Shown here in pieces: positions 1 to 10,988 of a DNA stretch of 64,000 nt; the first letter of the stretch is position 1; every line of letters starts with the position of its first letter. The DNA is taken from NCBI GenBank assembly GCA_019828565.1, contig JAHDYR010000007.1, positions 1 through 64,000 of the forward strand, read 5' to 3'. Source of the stretch: Carpediemonas membranifera BICM (Eukaryota > Protista > Fornicata). The notes beneath the pieces are model-generated. The model made no database searches, had not been told where the DNA came from, and saw only the letters and a list, made by a program, of their open reading frames with translations. A program made the translations under genes and the position numbers.

Positions 1-648
1 AGGAGGGGTGACAGGGTCGGGTGTGTAAGGCAAAAGACAATGGCAAATAGCTCCTGCTCACACGTGGCCCAGCGCGACTGGGTTGACGTGAATGTGTGAG
101 AGAAGTAGGCGAGGACCTGTGTCTTGTCGTCCTTTGTCTGCCATAGTACGCCGCCTGCTCCGATGTTGCTAGCGTCTGTCTCGAGCGTCCAGTCGGCGTC
201 GGCGTCCGGATGTGCGATAAAGAGATCGTCAGTGAACAGGGTCTTCAGGCCGTCGAAAGCGGCGTCGTGCTCCGCTGTCCATTCCCACAGACGGTCCTTT
301 TGCAGAAGATCGTTGAGAGGTCTCATGTACTCGTGTCGTGTATGGGGGAACGAATGATGCGAGGTACTGGAACTGTCCGAGGACTACGCGAAGCTCGTGG
401 ACGTTGGTGGGTGCAGGTAGATCGCGTAGGGCTTGGGTCCTGGCTGGGTCGACGTGTACTCCGGCCTGGTCGACCGTAAAGCCGACAATCTTGGCGCTGG
501 TGGTGCCGAAGACTCCCTTCTTGGCGCTGAACTGAACGCCTGCAGCGTCCGCGCGTGTGAGCAGGTCGCGGAGAATGCGTAGGAAGGAGTCATCGTCACG
601 GGCGTAGATGAATATGTCGTCGATGTAGGGGTTGGCGCCCTTGTACAA
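1..648 (-). pseudogene. RT C-terminus and RNase H of element A (frameshifted continuation)
   Basis: ORF 229-648 has PYIDDIFIY; another frame gives WTLETDASNIGAGGVLWQ...RWATCEQELFAIV. Confidence 0.85.
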
Positions 649-2833
649 CAGTAAGGGCGAGCATGCCTTCGATCTCCCGCTGGAAGTGAGAAGGCGCGTT
701 GCAAAGGCCGAACGGCATCCTGAGGAATTCCTCGTAGACGCCCGGGGCGGTGAAGGCCGTCTTAGGCACGTCGTCTGGGTGCATGGCCACCTGCCAGTAG
801 CCCGACGTCAGGTCTAGCGTCGCAAAGCGTGTGCAGCCCGACGCGAGGTTGAGGAGTTCTCGCATGTTGGGGATCGGGTGCCGGTCGGGTACTGTCCAAG
901 AGTTGAGGCGGCCGTAGTCGATACAGAGACGGTAGGCGTCGCCCTTTGCGACCAGGACGATGGGGCTTGCGTAAGGCCCCTCAGAGGGCTGTGTGATCTC
1001 GTCCTGGCGCAGGCGCTCGACGTATGGCAACAGCCACTCCAGCTTCTTCGGGTGTAGGTTGCGCGGGCGAAGACGGATCGGAGGGGCGTTGTCGTAAAGC
1101 GGGATGCGCATAGGGGCAAACGAGCACGGCTGTTTGCTTATGACGGGGTCGAATAGGTGATCGAACCGACGGAGGATCGAATGTAGCTCGTCGGTCTGGG
1201 CCTTGGTGGAGAGCTCGTGTATCTCACACGCGTCGGTGTGAAACTCGCTTGAGGAGACGGCCTCGACGGGGGCGTCGAGGTACTTGTGGAGTGGGAGGCC
1301 ATCGGTGGCGTCCTCCGGGCGTGAATCCGGAAGAAGTGGGATGTGGAGGCCACTCTCGGAGAGATAACCGAGCGCGCGAAGCACGTCGCATCCAATGAGC
1401 ACACGTTCAGTGGCGCGCGTCATGATGTAGAGGATGAGATCGACGATGACGTTTCCAGATGTGCTGGGCAACGTGATCCGCGCTTGGACGTAGTGAGTGA
1501 TGAGGATGGGCTCATTGGTAACGGACTGAACAGTAAATGGCTTTTCAAGCTCATGTGTGACGAGTTGGAGCGTCTTAACGGAGGTTGTGGAGATGATCGT
1601 GATTGCGGAGCCGCTATCGATCAATATCACCTGTTCTTGGTCATTCACAGCTCCCTTAACTGAGAATGCAGTTGAAGCGGCAACTTCTTCGATAAAGGCA
1701 TCATCACAAGCATTGTGTGCGACTTCGACTTCGTGGACTCCTGGACGAGAGTTGATCAGCTTGGATCTGTCCCGGAGCACCATGTTCCCAGCGCGTCTCT
1801 CGTCGGGGCGAGGCTGTGGCTGCTGGGATGACTGTTGCTGCTGCTTCTGAGCAGCTGGTGCCGGCTGTGGCTGAGCCGGTTTGTTGGCCGCTTGGGGCTG
1901 GCGTTGCGGCTGAGGTGCCGGTCTGGCGTCGCGGGCCGCGGCGGGGTGGCCTTTGGTAGCCTGGGGCTGTCCGGGCGTGCTGCCGCGGTGCGGGCAATCA
2001 GCCTTCCAGTGCATGCCTCCACAGGAGCACGCGTATGGAGGAGGGCGCCGGCGCTCGCGGCGGGATCTGGTGTTGGCGTTCTGGCTATGTTTCGGGCCAG
2101 TGCTGGAGCTCGTGATGGAGCTCGTGCTGGAGGATGTGATGTATATGTCTTGAATCACGCTTCCGAGGACTTCACGGGCGTCAATGGCGTGCAGTATGAG
2201 CTCGCGCGTGTGCACAAATAAGCTATCGATGTCCCGGGCGCCAGAGAGGTCCCACTTTTGCTGAATACGGTTGGCAAGTGAGACCGGGCGAAGGGCGGCG
2301 ATAAAAGCTTTGGCGATGATCTTATCGAGTCCGCGGGTGGGGCTGGCTTTTCTCGGGGTGTCCTGCTCACTCGGCGTGCTGTCTGGCTTCTGGGTGATGA
2401 CCTTGCTGAGGGCGGCCTCGTCTTCATCCACCTCGGCGGGCTCGGGCTCTGGCTTGGCGCCGAGCTCGGCGTTGAGAAGGGCATGGGCGTGGGAGCGCAG
2501 CTCCTCGGTCTCAGCCATGAGACGAGATACGGCCTCGATCGTGGACTTGGTTCGGTCCTGCGTGAGGGCCCGGATTTCTTGGATGGTTTTCTCAAGGGTT
2601 CTCGGGAAAGAAAGAGCGGTGATTTCGGCGAGAAGTTCTGCGTCGTTGAGTGCTTCGACGTCGACGTTGCGGACAAATCGGACATGACTGACTTGATCCT
2701 CGGTGAGGCACTCGTAAGCCGTTATGACGGTTGTGGTAGGAGCATGCTTCTGCGCGAACGTGAGGGCGCGTTTGAACGCGCGAACGGACTCTCTAGAGAA
2801 GTCCGATAGTGATGGCGGAATCCAATTATTCAT
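596..2833 (-). CDS. gag-protease-RT (N-terminal part), element A
   Basis: 745-aa ORF with zinc knuckle, DSG protease and RT motifs; frameshift near 645 just before YIDD. Confidence 0.9.
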   Translation of the reverse strand: MNNWIPPSLSDFSRESVRAFKRALTFAQKHAPTTTVITAYECLTEDQVSHVRFVRNVDVEALNDAELLAEITALSFPRTLEKTIQEIRALTQDRTKSTIEAVSRLMAETEELRSHAHALLNAELGAKPEPEPAEVDEDEAALSKVITQKPDSTPSEQDTPRKASPTRGLDKIIAKAFIAALRPVSLANRIQQKWDLSGARDIDSLFVHTRELILHAIDAREVLGSVIQDIYITSSSTSSITSSSTGPKHSQNANTRSRRERRRPPPYACSCGGMHWKADCPHRGSTPGQPQATKGHPAAARDARPAPQPQRQPQAANKPAQPQPAPAAQKQQQQSSQQPQPRPDERRAGNMVLRDRSKLINSRPGVHEVEVAHNACDDAFIEEVAASTAFSVKGAVNDQEQVILIDSGSAITIISTTSVKTLQLVTHELEKPFTVQSVTNEPILITHYVQARITLPSTSGNVIVDLILYIMTRATERVLIGCDVLRALGYLSESGLHIPLLPDSRPEDATDGLPLHKYLDAPVEAVSSSEFHTDACEIHELSTKAQTDELHSILRRFDHLFDPVISKQPCSFAPMRIPLYDNAPPIRLRPRNLHPKKLEWLLPYVERLRQDEITQPSEGPYASPIVLVAKGDAYRLCIDYGRLNSWTVPDRHPIPNMRELLNLASGCTRFATLDLTSGYWQVAMHPDDVPKTAFTAPGVYEEFLRMPFGLCNAPSHFQREIEGMLALTVVQGRQPLHRRHIHLRP

Positions 2834-2849
2834 TTCGGAAAGTGATCAC

Positions 2850-2910
2850 TGTGCCGGGGCGAAGAGATTGGAACATTTACATAAACTGCGGACGTGGATG
2901 CCTTATGACA
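2850..2910 (-). repeat. putative 5' LTR of element A (61 bp, TGTCA...GCACA)
   Basis: TG...CA ends, followed by palindrome AGTGATCACT (2841-2850) and gag ATG at 2833; partner LTR not in window. Confidence 0.6.
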
Positions 2911-3869
2911 CTTGGGCCATCTGGCCATGTCCTTGTGCCCTGGTCTCACTGATGTGGGCTCGTTAGAGTTGGCGATGCGCTGATTCTCTGCTTCTCTGGG
3001 GTCTAGGGCCTCTGTTACCATGATGAAGAGGTCGCGAAGCCCGTGGATGCCGTTCGGATGTCTGAGGATGGTGTCCCTGTTGTCGGTCACTCCTGAGGCT
3101 GTGAGGATCCTTCTGACGTTGGTTAGTACTTCCTTGCGGGCTGTGGAGCTTGCGCCGAAGGACTTTTCGGAAAAGTCGTCACTTCTGCGCAGTAGTAAGG
3201 TCCGGGCGTTTCCTTCCTTGATCAGGTAGCTGTCTAGTAGTTCTCTGATGGTACTCCACTGTTTTTGCGTAGATTATCTGGTTTTCTCTGATATTTCTAC
3301 CTGCATTCACTGTGCCGTTTTTGTGCGTATGAAAAAGGTTGGCGAATGCATCGTCCTGAAAATCGGTCAGCGTGGCCTTGTGCGGCTCCTGCAACTGTGT
3401 AGGGGTCTCGGTTTTCTTCTTTTTCTCTGGTTCGGCCGTAAACTGCGTTACGGCGAAATGGCGCACTGTCCAAAAATGCACGCTGATTTTCTCGCTGGGT
3501 GGTCTCTGGATTTTAGGACTGACTTCGCCCTAGGTAGTGCCTACATGAGGGCTATCTTTGGTCTCTGTGCCTCTGCTTGATCACTCCTCCTTCACCGTGA
3601 ACATGCCAAAAACCAAAAGTGGTCGCGGCTTCTCGGTGTTCTCTGTGGGTTTCCCTGCTTTCTCTGTTAAATCTCTGTTCATTGTACTCTTGTATTGTCT
3701 CTGTGTTGGGCGTGGAGCTCCCACTCGCGCCCGGCGGGGATCCATGAATGCACCTTTGAGTTTGGCGGACAGGAAGCTGAGGCCGCTCCTTCTGAGCTGA
3801 TGGGGGCGCTGTACCAGTTTACTGGGACAGGCCGTTGGCCTTTTGTCCATCCCCGAACATAGTCTTTCG

Positions 3870-4064
3870 ACTTAGCTGAATTCGATGGCGGACTGGACAA
3901 CTTCGACTGGAAACTCGAACGCCTAGTGCTCCTGAGATATCCTCACAAGGCCCCATCCAAGATTCTGCCTCCAGTCCGCGGCCCGCTACAACTCCTCAGG
4001 GAAGGGAAGAGCCCCAACACATTCGTCCTCCGTGACCTCGTCACCAAGTCCGAGCTGCTCGTCC
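3870..4064 (+). pseudogene. Gypsy integrase C-terminal (GPY/F-like) fragment, interrupted by B1
   Basis: manual translation ERLVLLRYPHKAPSKILPPVRGPLQLLREGKSPNTFVLRDLVTKSELLV resembles the integrase tails of B, C and H. Confidence 0.7.
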
Positions 4065-4186
4065 TGTGGTTCAATGGGTGTTGAACTTTTACTGAGGAGA
4101 AGACTCGACACAAGGGTGTCGAGGAGAAACTCCTTGACTATTAAATATAACGTAAATCTGTGTAACTTTGGGTAGGACCCACAACA
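4065..4186 (-). repeat. 3' LTR of B1 (122 bp)
   Basis: matches LTRs at 16466-16587, 30154-30275 and 35979-36100. Confidence 0.95.
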
Positions 4187-4289
4187 CTGCCCCTCCATGC
4201 CTGGTATAGGCATGACAGAGAGACTTGACGTCAGCATTTCACCAAAGGCCTGGACGGTGCCACCCGACCGCCAACGGTGACTCATAGGG

Positions 4290-5019
4290 GGATCAAGGGG
4301 AGACCCCCCATGTTTCCCAGGGAGAGGGCAGGGCCAGGGACAGAGGAAATCCATCAATTGGATGGTTGCACCACTCGCGGTGAACCTAAGGAAACTGCAG
4401 GGACTGAGCATGGGATACGGGGGGACATGACGTCCCCGCCGCCCTTGTGAACGATAGAGGGACGCTGGGAAGTGTAGCACAAGAGAACTATCATAAGGGG
4501 TACTAGGCCTTGCAGATCTAGAGTCTGTGTTAGCCCTAGCCCACGCCGCCTAACAGGGGTAGATGAGAGGGACTTAGTTGCTTTCCCCGCCCACGGGTAG
4601 GCCACTTAACAGGGTCGTGGGGGCACTGAACAGGGAATCTGGAAAGAGGAGAGGGTGCCATGCTTGAACGACCCCGTAGGGACTGCAGGGAATCAGGGAG
4701 TGCTATAGAGAAGGTCTTGCAGGACAAACCTGCCTGTGGAAGCACCGAGGACAGACCCCCAGGCTCCCTGGAAGCTGCCGGGTTTACAGGGAGACAGGAA
4801 AGCGCTCAGCGCACGGAGATGGCGAAGGCCTATGGGGGGAAGTGAAATCGGGAGTGAGCGGAAGCAGTAGCACCGAATCGCTCGTTGGACGCAGCTGACA
4901 AGTCCAATCGCAGGGAGGAGGCAGCGCCCCGGGGAACTCGGCTCCAGTAATAAGGGAGATCAGCCTAAGTAACCGGGGCCCGATACCAGGCACCATAAAT
5001 TTTCTTTCTTTCTTTCTTT
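4290..5019 (+). mobile_element. 730-bp LINE 3'-end insertion with (TTTC)n tail
   Basis: 15-bp TSD CGGTGACTCATAGGG (4275-4289/5020-5034); absent from B3; homologous to the 3' UTR of the LINE at 5715-6400. Confidence 0.9.
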
Positions 5020-5714
5020 CGGTGACTCATAGGGCTGGCAACCCCATGGCCTGAGTGCTTTCGCATCTAGCTGAACGAAATCAAAATGATGGTATCATGA
5101 TCTAACTGCGGTACCGCTATGTGAGCTCTGTTTCAAAAATGGTGAAACGTGACGGAGAGGCTTACCACTGCCCCTCCACGGCCTTCCTAGGCCGTCTTCA
5201 CAAACCTTATACGTGTTATATGCCATTCCATGTAATTCGAAGGCCAAGAACGATTGCTCTAGCAAACACTGCCAATGCTGAGCCCTTATCGCTCATAATC
5301 ACACAGACGCCGAAAAACGTACTTAGAAGCTCCAATTCGGCTCCGTTGAGGAGTTCTGAGGCTTCTAATTTTCTGCGTCCAACTGTACTTGAATAACAAC
5401 ATCAAACTGACCGGAAGGAGCACTAGGAAGCTCCTAATGCCTTATTACCGACAATAAATGCATGCTTGAAGACTAAGATGACCTTGTTAGTTGTTCCTTC
5501 GACCGTTTCCGAGAAATGTGCAGGATATGTCGCCGTCAACTCATTTGATGTCGGACAACACAGCCGTAGAGGCCGTTCTGAAGGAAATTCGTGCCAAAAT
5601 CACCGAACTTGGTGATGACGATCTGGCTAGGCCACTTATTGTTGCCCATACGTCCGTTTGTCGTTCCCTTCGCGCTCAGAAGTATCGTGGACGCAAGCGC
5701 ATGGTCACCGACAA

Positions 5715-8700
5715 GAAAGAAAGAAAGAAATTTATGGTGCTTGGATTCTGACCCCGGACTGAGCTTGTTTCCCGTTGTCTTGGAGCTGAGTGCCCCGGGG
5801 TACTGCCTATTTCCCGTGGCAAACTGGTCAGCAGCGTTTGCCTTGGGCTTTCGGTGCTACTGTCTCCGCGGAAAGCCGATTCCAATCGCCCCAGAGGCCC
5901 TGCGGCCATCTCCGTGCAAATATGCTTTCCTGTCTCCCTGAAAGTCCGGCAACTATCCGGGGAGCCTGGGGGTCTGTCCTCGGGGCATTGACAGGCAGGA
6001 TCGTCCTGCAGAACCTTGACTATGACACTCCTTGCTTCCCTGCAGTCCTTGTAGAGCCGTTCAGCCACGGCACCCTCTCGTCTGTCCGGTTCCCCAATTC
6101 CATGCCCCCTCGACTCTGTTAAGAAGCCTACCCGAAGGCGGGGAAAGTGACTAAGTCCATGCTGTCTACCCCGGTTAGGTGGCGTGGGTCAGCGGCAGCC
6201 CCAAGCGCTAGGCCCGGTTGTCCCTGTTACCCCTTACAACATTTCGCTTGCACTACATGTCCTTGGTTTCCCATGTCGTTAACAAGGGCGGCAGGGGCAC
6301 CTGTGCCCCTCCGACCCCCGTGGCCAGTCCCTGCAGTTTCCTTGGGGTCCCAACGAGTGGTGCAACCATATGAATATGGATTTCCTTGACCTTATCCTTG
6401 CTCTGTCCTTGTTGCATGTCCTTTCTTTCTTATTTCTGGTCTGTCCTTCCTGTTATTTCCTTGCAGTCGTTCCTTCCCTTGCTTTGGTTCCTGGCTACCG
6501 GGATACGTGGGGCCTTTCCTCACTGATCCCAGGAGCTTAGCACCAGCGAGGGTGGTCCATGGCTGATTCCTTGTCCATCCCTTCCCGGTCCTGGAGTCAG
6601 GGGTTCATGACATGCTTCTATTCCACCTTGAAGCTGTTGTAAACCTTTGCCAGTTCCCGTAGTCCTGCCGTGAGGCCTTCCCAAATGTCCTCCGAGCCCC
6701 ATATTATTAGTTGCTGTAATTCTAGGATGGGTCTTTCCTGGTACCATTCGCCCTGGGGGCCCTGCCTTACTTCCAAGTCCTTAGTTTTGTGCTTCGCTGC
6801 TGTCCACAGCTTTGTCCAAGCTTCTCCCCTGTCTACTGCCGGGCATTCACAGATTATGTGCGCTGCCGATCCTAGCCTCTGGCCCTCTGCCCACTCCCCT
6901 GATCATTTCCTGCTTCCTTGCTGGTCCTGGCTTTTCCCTAATGATCCTGTAGAACAGGCTCACCTCCGACTCCTCCGAGCATAGGGGGCATAGTCTGCTA
7001 ATTTCTCTCTTCAGGTCAGCGCCTTGGGCCAGCTCTGTGATGGCTCTCATAGGGCCCTCCCCTCTCTCTGCCGACGATGGGGATGGGCTGACATTGGCTG
7101 CAATGGATACAATTCTCTTCCATTCCGCCCTGCTTTGCCCCTTCCCAGCCTTTCGGTCTACCGTAGGCTTACCTTGCAGACACTTGCTTAATTTCCTTGT
7201 CCCCATGATTTCCATTAGTCCTAGTGCCGTACGGCTTTTGCACCGCTTCATCCACCCCCTCCTGATCGTTTCCATGCCATAATCCAGTAGCGCTGGTTTA
7301 GGGGCTCCCTCTCTGGTGCCCTCCAGTAGATGCTGCACTCTCTCCCTAGCTTCCCACATAACCGTGCCCCGCCCCCATTCTCTGTTTCTGACTGGTATAT
7401 CCTGGTCCCTGTAGTTGACTATCCTTTTGACTGCCAGCCATTCCATGTGTGCCTGGAGGTCCACCCATCCATTCATCAGCCTCATGGCTGCGCCCCCTCC
7501 CGGTCCTGTTCCTGCCATGATTCCCTGCCAGTCATTCCAGATCCTTCTACCTCCCGGTGCGTTCCCCCACACCTCGACTCCGAAGAGGATCCTGGGCCAT
7601 ATATATATTTCCAGTAGTAGCCTGCTCGCTAGTGCTGGCATGTTTGCCCTGGTCCACCCTGCCCATCTCACCAGTCTCTTGTACCTTTCGCTCTGCTCCT
7701 GTTTCCGCCTTATGCAGGCCGACATAGGGTCCTTCCCACTTGCGATCCATAATCCCAGGTATCTCGCCTCCTTCTCTGGCAGTAGTGTTACCCCCTCGAT
7801 CCTGACTAGGGCTGTTCTGTCCACGCTAATCATTACATTCTTCTGGGCGTTCACCCTCATTTCATGCTCTCTGATTATGTCCACCATTATGTTGGCGACC
7901 ATCTGGCTCTGCTCCGGTTTGCTCCCTGTGACCGCAGTGTCATCCACAAACATGGTAAGTGCTGCCGGTAGTCGGTCGCTGAGGTGGCTCGTGGTCCTTG
8001 GCGGTTCTCTGATGTCGTACCGTTCTCCCTTGATTTTCTTTCTGGCCAGGTGGGGCCAGTTAGCCATGAACAGCACAAACAGTGTCGGTGCCAGGACGCA
8101 CCCTTGCTTAACTCCCCTGTTGGTTCTTTCCCATGCCTTTGCCCCCTTGACTGATATCCAGGTTTCCTTTATTGTGCCTTGAATTGCCCTGATCAAGTGC
8201 TCCTCCACCCCCATACCCTGTAGCTTATCCATGAGAATGTCCCTTGGTACCGTGTCATATGCCTTCTCGATGTCCAGAAAGATTGAGGTGGTCTCACCCC
8301 CTCCTGGTGCCGCTGCACAATGTACTGTATCTGCTGGATGACGTCCCTGTCTGACTGGAAACCAGCCTGTTCTCTTGGTATGAACCTTTTCGTTGCTGCT
8401 TCCAGACGTATCTTGAGCAATCTACCATAGACCCTGTACAGCAGTGGTGTCAAGGATATTGGTCTATATGATTCCGGCTTGACCCTTGGCTTCCCTGTCT
8501 TGTGTATGGCCGACACTGTGGCATACTTCCATGCTTTGGGTACGTCGCCCTCCCTGTAGACCCTGTTGATGAGCCTCGTCACTTCCCTAAGGCCTTTCTC
8601 ATCCAGCTCTCTCAGCATGTCTCCAGATGTGAGGTCAGGCCCTGGTGCGGTGTCCCTCCTGATCCTTTTGATTGCGGCTTTGACCTCGCTTTCCTTGAAC

Positions 8701-8869
8701 TCATTTCCGTCCCTGCCCCTCCATGTCTTCCAGGTGGGTTCCCTGCCTCTGCTGACTCTAGCATACTGTTGCAAGAGGATCTCGCTGATGGCCGCCTTGT
8801 CCGTGGTTATCACTCCGTCCTTGAGGAGGCTCTCCGGCATTCCCTTGTATTGGTTGTCACACCACCACC
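5715..8869 (-). mobile_element. 5'-truncated non-LTR retrotransposon (LINE) inserted in B1
   Basis: RT motifs APGPD, YRPISL, QAGF, GVKQGCVLAPTLF, MFVDD; about 17-bp TSD CGCATGGTCACCGACAA (5698-5714/8870-8886); (TTTC)n tail. Confidence 0.95.
6720..8869 (-). pseudogene. LINE ORF2 reverse transcriptase (frameshifted)
   Basis: ORFs 8193-8840 and 6847-8232; C-terminal CPLC...HIICECP knuckle split by a further frameshift; end coordinate approximate. Confidence 0.85.
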
Positions 8870-8909
8870 CGCATGGTCACCGACAATCTGTAAGTAACAA
8901 ACATCAACC

Positions 8910-9803
8910 GTGAGGTTATATAGTCACCGCGTGCAAGCCTCAGAACGCATCACTCGCACCCTGACGATGACGACTCTGATGCCCCACGACATCAAGGCCG
9001 AGGTTGCCCGACGCCTGGAAGGTTACACCAACTCCATCGAGCTGCCGCTCCAGCGAATCTTTGACGCTATTGAGCAAGGTCGTCTGAACGACGCAGCCGT
9101 AGTGCAGGACGTGAAGCTGACCCAGCAGGTCTTGGCTCTCGTGGCTCACTGCCAGGTCGCGCTTGCCGGTGTGAGGGCCCACCTCAAGCTCGGCAGGAAG
9201 CGCTTGACCGATGGCGACATCGTGTCGGCCGCGATCCGGGGCCGCGACATCACGCTGGGTGGGTCTTCACCCGGTAATGGTCACTACTCTGCAGCTCTCG
9301 TGGCGGCTGTGCGGACTGCCGGCGGGGTCAAGTCGGACACTACAGCGCGCGGATATCTTAACCGCCTGTTGGTCCTCGTCCTCGCACCGGACTACTTCCG
9401 TGTCGCTGTCTACGGCATCAGCCGGCGCATCCCGGCTCCCAACGACTTCTGGGCAACCCTGGTCAGCCGCTTGTGCCACGACGGCTACCTGCCCGCCATT
9501 GGCGATGAGGCTCACTGGGAGCCGCTTCAGGTCTCTGATCCGGACCGCTACTACACTGTCACGTGCGTAGTCCGTCACGAGTATCTGAAGACGACTTGTG
9601 GTCCCGGGTCTTTTGTGTTGATCCTGCAGTATGACGGATACTCGGGACTCAGCATCGTGTCCCTCAACGCTGATCTCTGCCTTGTCCGGTGTGTGCGAGA
9701 GTACTTGGCTGAGAACGCCCTTGAGCGCCACGCTGACCCGACTTGGTTGGTCGAGCTGACGGACACGGAGGAGACGGAAGACGAGGAATCTAGCTCTGAA
9801 TAA
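8910..9803 (+). CDS. antisense accessory ORF of element B (C-terminal chromodomain-like; likely ATG 8967)
   Basis: 297-aa ORF intact in all three B copies, converging on the pol stop. Confidence 0.75.
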   Translation: MRLYSHRVQASERITRTLTMTTLMPHDIKAEVARRLEGYTNSIELPLQRIFDAIEQGRLNDAAVVQDVKLTQQVLALVAHCQVALAGVRAHLKLGRKRLTDGDIVSAAIRGRDITLGGSSPGNGHYSAALVAAVRTAGGVKSDTTARGYLNRLLVLVLAPDYFRVAVYGISRRIPAPNDFWATLVSRLCHDGYLPAIGDEAHWEPLQVSDPDRYYTVTCVVRHEYLKTTCGPGSFVLILQYDGYSGLSIVSLNADLCLVRCVREYLAENALERHADPTWLVELTDTEETEDEESSSE

Positions 9804-9845
9804 ATCGTTTGTTCCTCGAGGATACAGCTTCGATGTTGAGAAGTT

Positions 9846-10661
9846 TTACAGACCGTCACGCTTGGCTTGGTCAGACTTCAAATATGTATCGAGGGCTTCC
9901 AAATCTTTGACGTGCGAATAAGGTTCGAATGAAGCCTCTGAATCCTCGAATCCGACCCAGTGTACGAGGTACTCGCGCCTTGACTTGGGGCCCGAGCCTC
10001 TAGAGCGTGAGATGCGCTCGACATGCCACTCATCGACGGAAGCGGCTGCGAGGTCATAGATCTGTTGCTCCGAGAGCTTGCCTGGGTCAAATCTTCGCAC
10101 ACGTGCCGCGTCTACCTTGATAGTTGGACCGTCCGCTGACTGACTGAGGTCTTGGACCTCATATGCGACGACAACACCATCACGTTTGACGGCTGCGACA
10201 CGCCTCATGGGGCCGCGCCAGCCCGGGGCTAGCTTGCTCGGTGGTCTTGGGTAGTATTTGACCAGCACGAAACGGCTCAATATCTCGCTTCTCGATGAGG
10301 TTGCCTTTGCGAGAGCGTCTTCGCGCATGGCTCTAATCCTTGCTTTGGCGAGTTGGATGGCGGCATCGGCTGCGGCTAGCTTCGACTGTGGCGGACCAGC
10401 CGAGGCGGCATCCGTGATATAGATCGATGACGGTATTGATAAGTTGGCGCCAAACATGATCTCGGCCGGAGTCAACCGGGTCGGGATCCTGGGCATTGAG
10501 TTGACCAAGAATTGGGCGACTGGTAGGTGTGCTACCCAATCGTTATTCCTTAACTCCAGCTTCCTGGCTCTGAGGATGCGTTCGACCTCCTTGTTCGCGC
10601 GTTCGACGACACCGTTGCTCTGGGGATGGTATGCTGTCGTTATGTGGACGTCGAACCCCAT
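9846..10661 (-). CDS. integrase C-terminal half plus chromodomain, B1 (partial)
   Basis: YHPQSNGVVER, WRGP, WHVERI...YLVHWVGF. Confidence 0.9.
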   Translation of the reverse strand: MGFDVHITTAYHPQSNGVVERANKEVERILRARKLELRNNDWVAHLPVAQFLVNSMPRIPTRLTPAEIMFGANLSIPSSIYITDAASAGPPQSKLAAADAAIQLAKARIRAMREDALAKATSSRSEILSRFVLVKYYPRPPSKLAPGWRGPMRRVAAVKRDGVVVAYEVQDLSQSADGPTIKVDAARVRRFDPGKLSEQQIYDLAAASVDEWHVERISRSRGSGPKSRREYLVHWVGFEDSEASFEPYSHVKDLEALDTYLKSDQAKRDGL

Positions 10662-10672
10662 CTCTTCGGAGA

Positions 10673-10959
10673 AAGAAAAGAAAGAATTTAATGTGTCCTG
10701 CTACTCGTCCTGCTGTGTAAGCTGAATGTCACAGTTTGTGTCACCCCTTCGAGGAACGCCTAAGCGTGTTGGTACCTCTACAGAGCACACCTAACACTTC
10801 CTAAGAGGGCGTGAACAACGGCCGTCAAGGCCTAGCTGGTACGCTAGAGGGATCCTATACATGGCCACATTAATACCCCCAAAGTTAGGCTAACCCAGGT
10901 CTTACTCTTAGGGGCCCTTTGGGTCCCAGGTCTGCCTGGCACCTACAAAGTCCTCCCCT
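10673..10959 (-). mobile_element. LINE-like 3' fragment at the head-to-head B1/B2 junction
   Basis: (TTTC)n-type tail (GAAAGAAAAGAAAGAA on + strand); not B sequence; no TSD seen. Confidence 0.55.
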
Positions 10960-10988
10960 CCGTCAAGGCTAGCATTCTTAAGCAAGTC

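Larger units (their letters stand above)
1..2910 (-). mobile_element. Ty3/Gypsy LTR retrotransposon A (5' part; runs off window start)
   Basis: gag with CCHC-like knuckle (CSCGGMHWKADC), protease LIDSGS, RT LDLTSGYWQ/RMPFGL/YIDD, RNase H TDAS..GAGGVL at 1-230; putative 5' LTR upstream. Confidence 0.9.
4065..10672 (-). mobile_element. Gypsy element B, copy 1 (5'-truncated; carries two LINE insertions)
   Basis: near-identical reverse complement of the 3' part of B3; 3' LTR 4065-4186 preceded by PPT CATGGAGGGGCAG. Confidence 0.95.

Noticed and set aside
2911-3860. Short ORFs sharing RDLFI with the ORF at 16698-16922 (possible TE ORF1 remnants)
   Set aside because: Similarity too short to support a call without a profile search.
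4660-6068. Similar small ORFs in the two LINE 3' UTRs
   Set aside because: Similarity follows from nucleotide homology; lengths and frames are not conserved.
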